From Takakia lepidozioides (taxonomy: Eukaryota > Plantae > Bryophyta): a stretch of 64,000 nt of DNA. The position numbers were made by a program, and so were the translations under genes. The notes under the pieces were generated by a model. The model searched no databases and had not been told where the DNA came from. It saw nothing but the letters and a program-made list of their open reading frames with translations. The stretch spans positions 18,414,001-18,478,000 of the forward strand of contig CM060731.1 in assembly GCA_030704615.1 (NCBI GenBank). The letters run 5' to 3'. Positions 49,826-62,200 of the stretch are shown in pieces; the stretch's first letter is position 1; every line of letters begins with the position of its first letter.

Positions 49826-52800
49826 TCACCAGTAATCACCACAAGAACAAATCCCATCTTCAAAGTGGTGGAAAGTAGTTAGCGTCCCATACAACAATTG
49901 CTCGGCCAACAATCTTTGAGATGAATTTGGTGGAGGTGTGGCAGTCTCCACACACTCGAAGATTCTTGATGAGTCGTGCTGATCAGACCAAAACCAATGG
50001 CCAGCTTCTCACTGTGGTGGCTAAGAGAAAATTCCTTTCCTCCACATCATTCAATAAAAAGTGTGTCAGGCACATACCCCGCCTCCTTCATTTGCCCAGA
50101 CAATCTTCTCAGCTCAGCATGGATTTCCTTAATTCTAGGATGCAACTTGTCATCTGGCTCCTTTCTAACCCCTTTGATTTTTGATTTTTTTTCACACCTT
50201 TAATTTGCATTATCATCCCACCTGCCAGCTGCAGCATGGATGTTTGATATAGCACCACATAAGTCATGGCATCCTGTTCATCCCACTTGAGGATAGATGT
50301 TGCCACACATTCAGCCATCTCCACATTGCCATGGATTCTGCAGGCACCAAGCAAGGCCTTCCACACCACAACATCTGGATTGATTGGCATTTTATTAATC
50401 AGGTCCACTGCCTCATCCAGTTGTCCCACACGTCCAAGAAGGTCCACCATGCAGCCAAAGTGCTTTATTGTCAGATTGATACCATGATCTTCACTCAGGG
50501 AATTGAAGTAGCATCTTCCTTCATTCAGTAGGTCAGTGTGGCTGCAAGCAGAGAGAACACATATAAAGGTGATACTCTCCGGCTTCAAGCCTTTCTTTTG
50601 CATTCCTTCAAATAGTTGCAGGACCTCCCTATGACAACCATGCTGGGTATATCCTGCGATCATCGCATTCCACGACACCACATTTCATTCAACCATATTG
50701 TCAAATACTCCCTTTGCATCCTCATTCCAGTCACATTTCGCATACAAGTGAACCAGGGCAGTGTCCAGAATGACTTTTGGTACAATTCCAGTTTTGATGA
50801 TGTCACCATGAACCTCTTTGCCCTTTTCCAGGGCTGCCAGGCTTGCACATGCAAAACGCACACAAACGTGATGTGGTCGGGCTTCACCCCTTCCCCCAGG
50901 CCTCCATCCCGCACCCCTGCTGTGCATATCCTACAAGCATGGCGTTCCATGACACCAAATCTCGTTCAGCCATATTGTTGAACACTCCCTCCACATCCTC
51001 GATGCTCCCACATTTGGCATACATGTCTACGAGAGTATTGTTCAGAATCACATCTGGTACAATTCCAGCTTTGGCGATGCAACCATGCACCTCTTTGCCC
51101 TTTTCCAGGGCTACCAGGCTTGCACACGCATTGCAAACACAAACAAATATGATGTGGTTGGGCTTCACCCCTTTGCACAAAATCTGCTCATAGGTCTCAA
51201 AAGCATTCCTACCACACCCATGCTTGGTAAATCCTGCCAACATTATATTCCACATGATCAAGATCGTTGAGGCATTCTGTTGAATGCTTCTGCATCTTTT
51301 GCTCATAGGTCCCCAAAGCCTCCATCCCACACCCATGTTGGGCATATCCTGTGATCATCGCATTTCACGACACCACATCCCGTTCAGCCATGTTGTCAAA
51401 TACTCTCTTTGCAACCTTCATGCTCCCGCATTTTGCATACATGTCATCAAGGCTATTGTTCAAAATCAGATTTGGTACAACTCCAGCTTTCATATGTCAG
51501 CATGGACCTCTTTGCCGTTTTCCAAGGCTGCCAGTCTCGCACAAGCCTTGAGAATGCAAACAAATGTGACCTGATCGGGCATCACCCCTTGCTGTATCAG
51601 TTGATCATATGTCTCGAAGGCATTCCTACCGCAACCATGCTTGGTATATCCTGCCACCATATTAACACTAGACAGGCCTCCCTTACACTCCCATATTTGG
51701 CATATATGTTAACAAGGACAGTCTCCCAATTACTGTATGACGAAATTCCAGCTTTGATAATGTCAACATGGATATCTTTGCCCATCTCCAGGGCCACCAT
51801 GCTGGCACCAACATTGAGAACACAAATGAATGTGGCTTGCACACGCATTCCAAATGCACACAAACGTGATGTGGTCGGGCTTCCCCCCTTCCCCCATCAT
51901 GGACCTCTTTGCCCTTTTCCAGGGCTGCCAGGCTTGCACAAGCATTGCAAACGCTCACAAACGTGATGTGGTTGCATTTCACCCCTTCCCCCATCATTTG
52001 CTCATAGGTATGATCCAAGGCCTCCATCCCGCGCCCCTGCTGTGCATACCCTGCAAGCATGGGGTTCCATGACACCAAATCTCGTTCAGCCATATTGTTG
52101 AACACTCCACTCCCTCCACATCCTCAATGCTCCCACATTTGGCATACATGTCCACCAGGGTATTGTTCAGAATCACATCTGTACAATTCCAGCTTTGGCG
52201 ATGCAACCATGCACCTCTTTGCCCTTTTCCAGGGCTGCCAGGCTTGCACACGCACTGCAAACGCACACAAATGTGATGTGGTCGCGCTTCACCCCTTCCC
52301 CCATCATGTGCTCATAGGTCTCCAAGTCCTCCATCCCACGCCTTGCTGTGCATATCCTGCAAGCATCACGTTCTACGACAACAAATCTCGTTCAGCCATA
52401 TTGTTGAACACTCCCTCTGCATCCTCAATGCTCCCACATTTGGCATACATGTCCACCAGTGTTCAGGATCACACCTGGTACAGTTCCAGCTTTGGCGATG
52501 CAACCATGCACCTCTTTGCCCTTTCCCAGGGCTGCCAGGCTTGCACACGCATTGCAAACGCACACAAACGTGATGTGGTCGGGCTTCACCCCTTCCCCCA
52601 TCAATTGCTCATAGGTCTCCAAAGCCTACATCCCACGCCCCTGTTGTGCATACCCTGCAAGCATCGCGTTCCACGACACCACATCTTGTTCATCCATTTG
52701 AAAACTCCCTTCACACCCTTCATGCACCCTCATTTGACATACATGTCCACCAGGGCAGTGTTCAGGATGACATCTGGTACAAATCCAGCTTTGACGATGT

Positions 52801-53586
52801 CACCATGGACCTCTTTCCCCTTTTCCAGAGCTCCTAGGCTTGCACACGCATTGCAAACACAAACAAATGTGTTGCGGTTGGGCTTCACCCCTTCGCACAT
52901 CAATTGCTCATAGCTCTCCAAAGCCTCCATCCCGCAACCTTGTTGTGCATATTCTGCAATCATCGCACTCCACGACACCACATCTCATTCAGCCATACTA
53001 TCGAACACTCCCTTTGCATCCTCGATGCACTCACATTTGACATATATGTCCAGCAGGGCAGTGTTCATAATGACATCGGGTACAATTCCAGATTTGATGA
53101 TGTCACCATGGACCTCTTTGCACCTTTCCAGGGCTGCCAGGCTTGCACACGCATTGCCAATGCAAACAAACGTTATGCGGTTGGGCTTCACCCCTTCGCA
53201 CATCATTTGCTTAGAGGTCTCCAAAGCCTCCATCCCGCGCCCTTGCTGTGCAAATCCTACAATCATCGCACTCCACGACACCACATCTCATTCAGCCATA
53301 CTGTCAAACACTCCCTTCATACATGTCCACGAGGGTATTGTTCAGAATGACACTTGGTACAATTGCAGCTCTGACAATGTCGCCATGGACCTCTTTCGCC
53401 CTTTTCTAGAGCTGCCAGGCTTGTACACGCATCGCAAATGCACACAAATGTGATGCGGTCGGTCTTCACCCCTTCCCCCATCATTTGATCATAGGTCTCC
53501 AAAGCCTTCATACCACGTCCTTGCTGTGCATACCCTGCAAGCATCGTCTTCCATGACACCACATCTCGTATTAGGCATGTGATCAT
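49826..53586 (-). pseudogene. PLS-E-DYW PPR RNA-editing factor pseudogene
   Basis: Many P-L-S triplets, E domain (HFGCMVDLLGRVG..VWKALLGACRIHGNVE), and DYW domain [42 protein letters not shown] (stop 49826-49828). Numerous frameshifts. Confidence 0.92.
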
Positions 53587-53902
53587 GGAACATGCTTAAG
53601 AAAACACATTAGGGCTTGATCAGAGGTCTAGTCTGTTGTCAGGGCCCAGGCCTGCGCAAACAAGTCACAACTCAGTCCGTAGCAATTTATTTATGAATCT
53701 ATGCACTCAACAACGCATTCTTTTATCTTTCTCCATCAGCCCCAAAAAAGGTGCAGGAATCGCTCTTTCGCATTTGAAACCACGCTGAATCCACCATACC
53801 CAAGGGCACATAGTACCCAACAATCACAAGGATAGCTAATACCAACATTCATAGCAACAGAAAATGACTACATCTTCTCATTCTCAACATCACCATGATA
53901 AT

Positions 53903-56140
53903 CTATCTCATTTGCGATAGAAATGAACAGAGAGCATACCCGAATTTTTCTATCTTGGGAGCCACTGTAAAGAGTTTCCCCCACCAAAGCCAGGGTGGTG
54001 ACTTTGTTCCCACATTTTTCTCATCTTGGCAGTATCGTCCCGCCTGCCAGCCTGGTAGTAACACATAAATAGCAGTAACCTGTGGATCCCATTTAGAAAG
54101 GCATTTTGCTGCACTTTCTGCCACCTCCACATTGCCATGAATTCTGCAAGCACCAAGCAAGGTCTGCCACACTGAAGCAGCTGGTTCGATTGGCATTTTG
54201 TTCATGAAGTCCTCTGCCACCTCCACTCGACCTGCACGGCCAAGAAGGTCCACCATGTAGCCAAAATGCTCCATTGTAGGAGCGAGGCCATGATTTTGAT
54301 TCACGGAATCAAAGCATGTTGGGCATATCCTACGATCATCGCATTCCACGACACCACATTTCAAGTGGTGGCCTTCATCCACCAGGCCTACATGCCTACA
54401 AGCAGAGAGAAGAGAAACGAAGGTGATACCATCTGGCTTCAAGCCTTCCTGCTGCATCTGTTCAAATAGTTGGAAGGCCTCTGTACTACACCCATGATGA
54501 GCATATCCTGCAATTATGGCATTCCATGCTTGTTGAACCATATTTTCAAACACTTGACGTGCATCGTGAACACTCCCACATTTGGCATACATGTTAACAA
54601 GGGCATTGTCCAAGTTAATATATGACACAACCCCAGCTTTGTTAATATCAGCATGGACCCGCGTGCCCTTTTCCAGGGCCCCTAGACTGGCACATGCATT
54701 GACAACAGAAACAAACGTGACCCTGTTCGGTGTCATCGCGTCCAGTTCCATTTGTTTGTATCTTGAAAGCCTCTTCAGCATCGCCATGCTCAACATATCT
54801 TGTAATCATGGCATTCCATGAGACCACATCTCATTTAGGCATTTTGTCGAAAACCTGATGTGTATCTTTTCTGCTCCCACATTTGGCGTCAAGAAGGCTG
54901 TTCTCCACTTTAATACACGAAGAAATTCCAGCTTTCATTATGTCAGCTGGACCTCTTCGGCCTTTCCCAGGTCTCCTACACTGGCACATGCATTGAGAAT
55001 TCAAATGAATGTTATGTTGTTGGGCATAACCCCTTCCTGTTGCATTTGCTCATACATTTTGAAAGCCTCTATACCAGATCCATGTTGAGCATATCCTCGA
55101 TCCACCCACATTTGGCATATATCCACTAGGGCAGTGTTCAGGATGAATTTGGTGCAATTCCAGCTTTGACGATGTCACCATGGACCTCTTTCCCATTTTC
55201 CAGGGCTCCTAGGCTTGCACCCGCATTGCAACCTTGGTACAATTCCAGCTTTGATGATGTCACCATACACCCCTTTGCCCTTTTTTAGGGCTGCCAGGCT
55301 TGCACAAGCATTGCAAACGCACACAAACGTGATGTGGTTGCACTTCACCCCTTCCCCCATCATATGCTCATAGGTCTCCAAGGCCTCCATCCCGCGCCCC
55401 TGTTGTGCATATCCTGCAAGCATGGCGTTCCATGACACCAAATCTCGGTCAGCCATACTGTTGAACACTCCCTCCGCATCCTCAATGCTCCCACATTTGG
55501 CATACATGTCTACGAGGGTATTGTTCAGAATCACATCTAGTACAATTCCAGCTTTGGTGATGCAACCATGCACCTCTTTGCCCTTTTCCAGGGTTGCCAG
55601 GCTTGCACACGCATTGCAAACGCACACAAACGTGATGTGGTTGGGCTTCACCCCTCGCACATCATTTGCTCATAGATCTCCAAGGCCTCCATCCCGCCCC
55701 CCTGCTGTGCATACCCTGCAAGTATGGCGTTCCACGACACCAAATCTCATTCAGCCATAGTGTGGAAAACTCCCTCCACATCCTCAATGCTCCCACATTT
55801 GGCATACATGTCCACCAGGGTGGTGTTCAGAATCACATCTGGTACAATTCCAGCTTTGGTGATGCAACCATGCACCTCTTTGCCCTTTTCCAGGGCTGCC
55901 AGGCTTGCACACGCATTGCAAACGCACACAAACGTGATGTGGTTGGGCTTCACCTTCGCACATCATTTGCTCATAGGTCTCCAAAGCCTCCATCCCGCGC
56001 CCTTCCTGTGCATACCCTGCGTTGGGCAGTGTTCAGAATGACATCTGGTACAATTCCAGATTTGACGATGTCACCATGGGCCTCTGTCCACTTTTCTAGG
56101 GCTGCCAGGCTTGCACACGCACTGCAAATGCAAACAAACG
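53903..56140 (-). pseudogene. PLS-E PPR pseudogene
   Basis: ORF 53903-54796 has PPR and E motifs (EHFGYMVDLLGRAG..LLGACRIHGNVEVAE). Upstream are frameshifted, near-identical PLS triplets. Confidence 0.88.
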
Positions 56141-57239
56141 TGCCTTTAGTTGACGAAGACCACAAAAAGCATGGGAACGGACATACTTGAATTGGGCCGA
56201 TTAAGACAATGTAAATAATGTCACAATGCCCAGGTTGTCTTGATCAAGGGAGCAAGGCTTGCCGTATCCTTATTCGCCCTCACAAGAGCAAGTTGCAAAG
56301 ACCCCAAGCTCTCTTTGCGGATACAAATAACTTGAACCAAATGCTGTTCTTGATAGGTGCAAGCATGAGCTGTTCATCCTGCATCTCAAGGCATAATTGT
56401 CTATCTCAAAATTCTCAAGTTGTGGTGCTCAGGGAACTGACAGTGAGCAGTCGCCTGATGTTGTTCCAAGCTCACGAGAATACTGTCTCCATTTTGAACC
56501 AACCTTTTGGGCATGCTAACCGCATCTGCTTATAGTGCACATTCTGACCTGTAAATCCAGAGAAATTCCCACTAAATGCTTGGTGATCAGTCAGTAAATA
56601 AGGATTAAGGATTTAGGATTTAGGCGGTGATTTTGAAAGTTGGTGAATAGAGGTGCAAGGACATTGTTCTTGATTGTCCTGCAGAGGGTCACTATCTGGT
56701 CAGAATATCCTGGACAATGAGAGAGAAAGAGAGGAGTTGGTTTGATTTGAGGCATATGAAATTTTTTGAGAAAAATGTAGAATCTAACTGGAAAGATACA
56801 TTTAAAAAGGACGCAAACACTACAACAGATCGCGGTATATCTGACTGCCGAGCCATCGTAGTCATGGTTTTTCTGACTTTGACCATGACTTCCCTGTTTT
56901 TTTGGACCAAATGGGGCTTCACGTAGTCGTTGAAATGACTACGTGACTATGTAGTCCTCTGGGTGACTACTTTGGTAGACGTCGTCATGATTGCATGGCT
57001 CCGCACTAGAGAGATGGTTGGTCAACGATGGTTAACCCGTGCGAGCTCACCACCAATTAGTCGCCCGAATGACTTCTAGTGCAAGCCCGGTAGCCAAAAG
57101 GTTAAAAAAGTTTAAAAAAAAATTGCTTATAGGGTTGCGCATGAGAGGGTTGGGACTTAGTTTTCTTTTTCTCTTGCGCGGTTTCTTAGTATCGAGCTGT
57201 AGTGTTGGGTCATGGAACGCGACGATCACATGATAGGGG

Positions 57240-57870
57240 AGAGACAGCTTGGTCTTAGCAGTCCGTGTTTCAATTGACTCCCGCTCAGCTGCACCGTGGT
57301 GGTTTTCACAGACCAATACGACATTACCTGACTACAGACACAAGCAACACACACAAGAGGTCATATTGTGTTCATGGTCAGTCAAATCCTCCATGGGTCA
57401 TGACACAAGGTCGAGGACAATGTGGTGAGGGCACCTTCTTTTTCGACCTATTTTAGCCTGTTTTGACCTCTCATCATACTCGGCCCTGAATTTCTTCACG
57501 ATGGTGGGACAACCGCAATCACAAGGTGTGGCTTTTTCTTAATGTACCATGTAAAGTTCTAAGTTAGTCCATCCTGCAAATGTGGGCTCTTGGCTCCTGT
57601 TATGATTTGGTATTTACAAGGTTCTTGGGAGAGTCAGCTTGGTCTTAGCAGGCCGCGTTTCAATCTCCGCCAGTTCAGCTGTGGAAATCGCAGTGGCACA
57701 ATTGATAAAATCAGGCACTGCTACTCCAGGCACTGCTACTCAAGGCACCTTCTTCAACACATTTCACCTCGTTTCCTATTTTCTCCTCTAATCAGAATCG
57801 GCCCTAAATTGGTGAGGGCACCTTTTCTTCAACCTGTTTCAGTCTGTTTTGCCCTCTCATCGCTGAACAC
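57240..57870 (+). pseudogene. Scrambled second copy of the PDF-motif exons and introns
   Basis: 57312 onward TNTTLPDYRHKQHTQEV..VHGQSNPPWV; ~57493-57525 SSRWWDNRNHK|gt. Intron 57575-57665 matches 46112-46220. Confidence 0.7.
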
Positions 57871-57899
57871 CGCGGCTGAGTGCCGACACTTGGATCTAG

Positions 57900-59215
57900 G
57901 GACAAGAGGGATGGTTTGGATGTGACTGAGGAACATCATGCTGAGCTGCGAAGGATTCGGAGGAGCATGAGTGTCAGTGGTTCCACAAGAAACGCAAGAG
58001 TGAGATTTGGCGCTAATAACCAACCTGCTCGGGCATCGCCAACCGCACAAACCAGCATTGATAGGAGAGAGCAGGAGCACTTCGTTGAGTTATTTGACCT
58101 TCATTTAGGTGAGCCACTACATGGTAGGGACGACTCTGAAGGAATTGGGGAGGTTCAAATCCTTCATTGTTGCAAGGAACGAGTGCGGAAGAGCCTGTGC
58201 TGGCCTTTGGGAGAGGAGAGGGGTCATCTGATTTAATAGATCTTGCAAATGATTTGTCGCCGCCAAATGGCCGGTTTTAGGTAGAGAGATTGTCTCTCTT
58301 TCCAGATGCCAATGATGTTGCAGGGGGCAGAGGGGCCGGGAGCTCACAAGCACATATTTCACTCTCAGAGAGCCCTGAGCCTGGACCCATAAATGGCACC
58401 AGTGAACGTGCAGGGCCTCAGTGGTTTTCTCGGTTTGGCAGGGAGGCTCTTCAGGACATGGGAGAAGGCTCTCTTTGTGGCAACGAGGACAGGATCCTTA
58501 GGTTAGATGAGACTGCAGTGCAGGTAGATCCTTCAGATCTGAGAAGAAGCCGGGCATTTAACATGGGTGCTCCCAGCAACAATAGTTCAGCGGAGCCTGA
58601 AGCTTCCTCCAATTTGCCAGTGCGAGAAGGGATTGGGCAACCAGGTAGAAGCTTTCCGTCAACTGCCAGCAGAAGGCTTGGTTTCTCAGTTGTTCGGAGG
58701 CGCCCACACAGGCGCATTGGGTCGAGGTCGGGGTTGGATGGTAGGGTTGTGAGAAGGGACCTGGGTATGGTTCCTATGCAAACAGATGAGTCTTTGTCTT
58801 TGGGCGCCCGTGCTCCCGGGACAAATATTGATTGTGTTGCACTTCAGGTGGCGGGGGATGAGAGGCTGGTGCGAGAGCTGCAGCAGGCTGAGTCTGAAGC
58901 AGTAAGAGGCGATCAACCTTGGGATGATGAATATTGGCGAGGATGTTGCAACAAGAAGAGAATTCTCACGTCCGGGGGCTCCCTCTTGGACCATCCGCCA
59001 CATTTCACGGGACTGGTACATCACGTATTCATGCTGTTTTGGGAGAGATGGAGAACCAAAGGGTAGCTCGCAGGCTTTTGCAAAGTGGGCTGGTCCGGGC
59101 CCAAGCCGAGAGGGTTGGAAATCCTGGTTCAAGCTCCAGGGCAGCACGCATGCCCGGCCATGGCCGCAGCTCTACTGTGTCTGGTCTTCGGACATGACTA
59201 CCTCCATGGAGGTAG
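57900..59215 (+). pseudogene. Fragment of an unrelated low-complexity protein gene (possibly a RING-type E3 N-terminal region)
   Basis: GC-rich open frames 57880-58236, 58290-59066 and 58934-59197 with DERLVRELQQAE and DE(I)LARMLQQEE motifs across a frameshift. It abuts PPR DNA. Confidence 0.35.
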
Positions 59216-59229
59216 TTAAATACTACTCT

Positions 59230-62200
59230 CATGCAGGTAGTTGTCAGAGCTGCAATTGTACCACATGTCATTCTGAACAATACCCTCGTGGACATGTATG
59301 AAGGGAGTGAACAAGATGTGGGTGTTGTGGAGTGCGATGATTGCAGGATATGCACAGCTACGGCGTGGGATGGAGGCTTTTGAGAACAATGACCAAATGA
59401 TGTGCGAAGGGGAGAAGCCCAACCACATCACATTTGTTTGTGTTTGCAATGTGTGTGCAAGCCTGGGAGCTCTGGGAAAGGGGAAAGAGGTCCATGGTGA
59501 CATCGTCAAAGCTAGAATTGTACCAGATGTCATCATGAACACTGCCCTGGTGGACATGTTTGTCAAATGTGGGTGCATTCAGGATGCGAAGGGAGTTTTC
59601 CACACTCTGGCTGAACGAGATGTGTTGTCGTGGAACGCCATGCTTGCAGGGTATGCACAGCAGGGGCACGAGATGGAGACTTTGGAGACCTATGAGCAAA
59701 TGATTGGGGAAGGGTGAAGCCCAACCACATCAGGTTTGTGTGCATTTGCAGTGCGTGTGCAAGCCTGGCAGCCCTGGAAAAGGGCAAAGAGGTGCATGGT
59801 TGCATCGTCGAAGCTGCAATTGTACCAGATGTGATTCCCTATGGATCAATAGCTACAAGAAACCTGCATGGTAGATGGTCAACTAAAGGCTGCAGCTGCA
59901 GCGGCACAGTTCATGAAACCAGGCACCTCAACCATGACCACAGCTTCTGAAAGAGGATCAAGAGAGGGAGTCCACAATGCCTCTTCTGGCACTTCTGGGC
60001 ATGTGAAGATGCTTTGCGGCAGGCAGACTGACAGAGGCTTTACAGACTTAAAACCAATGAGGCATTTCAGCAGATTGAGGTACGTATGTATGTCCCTTGC
60101 TTAAGTGCAACAAGATGGAAGGTCTGGACGCTGGAAAGCAGGTGCACACTTACATTATCCAAAGTAGATGCACGCCAAATGTTTTTCTACTCAACACCCT
60201 TGTCTCCATGTATGTTAAGTGCGGGAGCATCATGGTTGCTCACCAAGTGTTCAACAGAATGCCTCAACGATCTTTGATCACGTGGAATATAATGTTGGCA
60301 GGAGTTACTAAGCATGGGTGTGGTAGGAATTCTTTGGAGACCTATGAGCAACTGCTGCGCCCCAACCACATCACGTTTGTTTGTGTTTGCAATGCGTGTG
60401 CAAGCTTGGGAGCTCTGGAAAAGGGGAAAGAGGTCCATGGTGACATCATCAAAGCTGGATTTGTACCAGATGTCATTCTGAACACTGCCCTGGTGGACAT
60501 GTATGCCAAATGTGGGTGCAGCAAGCCTTGATGCGAAGGGAGAGTTTGACAATATGGCTGAACGAGATGTGGTGTTTTGGAGTGCCATGATTGCAAGGTA
60601 TGTGCAACATGGGTATGGGATTAAGGCTTTGGAAACATAAGAGCAAATGATGTGGTAAGGGATGAAGCCAGACCAGGTCATGCTCATTTGTGTTTATAAT
60701 ATGCATATGCGAGCTTAGCAGCCCTGGGAATGGTCAAAGAGGTTCATGGTGACATTATCAAAGCTGGAATTGTACCAGATGTCATTCTGAACATTCCCCT
60801 GGTATACATCTATGCTCACCAAGTGTTCAACAGAATCCCTCAACGATCTTTGATCACGTGGAATATAATGTTGGCAGGATTTACCAGGCACGGGTGTGGT
60901 AGGAATGCTTTGGAGACCTATGAGCAACTGCTGGCGAAGGGGTGAAGCCCAGCCACATCACGTTTGTTTGTGTTTGAAATGCGTGTGCAAGCTTGGGAGC
61001 TTTGGAAAAGGGGAAAGAGGTCCATGGTGACATCATCAAAGCTGAATTTGTACCAGATTCATTCTGAACAATGCCCTGGTGGACATGTATGCCAAATGTG
61101 GGTGCAGCAAGCCTGATGCGAAGGGAGAGTTCGACAATATGGCTGAATGAGATGTGGTGTTTTGGAGTGCCATGATTGCAACGTATGTGCAGCATGGGTA
61201 TGGGATTAAGGATTTGGAAACCTAAGAGCAAATGATGTGGGAAGGGATGAAGCCAAACCAGGTCATGCTCATTTGTGTTTATAATATGCATATGCGAGCT
61301 TAGCAGCTCTGGGAATGGTCAAAGAGGTTCATGGTGATATTATCAAAGCTGGAATTATACCAGATGTCATTCTGAACATTCCCCTGGTGTACATCTATGC
61401 TCACCAAGTGTTCAACAGAATCCCTCAATGATCTTTGATCACATGGAATATAATGTTGGCAGGATTTACCAAGCATGGGTTGGTAGGAATGCTTTGGAGA
61501 CCTATGAGCAAATGCTGCGTGAAGGGTTGAAGCCCAACCGCATCACATTTGTTTGTGTTTGCAATGCGTGTACAAGCCTGGGAGCGTTCTGTTGCAGTGA
61601 TTACTTTTCTGACCCCAGTCAACGGTGGGACAATCAAGGCAAAAAGGTGAAATTTGCCTGTTGGATTACAGAGAGTAGAAGATGCAATTGAGCATAGGAA
61701 CTAGTGTGATAAGTTGAGTTGGGTGTTTCCTAGAACAATTCGAGGCTTTCATTGTCAGCTGCTAGCAACAAGGCAAGGGTGAATGCATGATTTTGGCAGA
61801 GGCATGGATAGCTGAAGGAGCAGGGATAGAGTGTGGGTCCAGATTCATTGAAGAGGGCCGGACTTCAAGCTCCTATGATTCCCTGTGGATCAATAGCTAC
61901 TAGCAACCTGCATGGATAGATGGTCAACTGGAAGCTGCAACAGTAGCGGTGGAATTGATAAATCAGGCACTGCTAATGAAGGCACCTTCTTCAACATATT
62001 TCACCCTGTTTTTCCTTCTTATCAGAATCGACCCTAAGTTTCCATGTTGAATTCTGCATGTTAGCTGGTTGAGTGAACCTTTGATAGTTTGGAGTGATTT
62101 GACATGATACTGCCAATGTGACAACAGGAAAGTATCCAGAAACAGGTAACAGAGATGAGGAGAAGCTGTGGAATGAATACTTTTCTTACCCAGTCAATGG

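Noticed and set aside
56919-56945. Hairpin cacgtagtc-N8-gactacgtg
   Set aside because: A single short stem, probably a transposon subterminal remnant, with no boundaries or partner identified.
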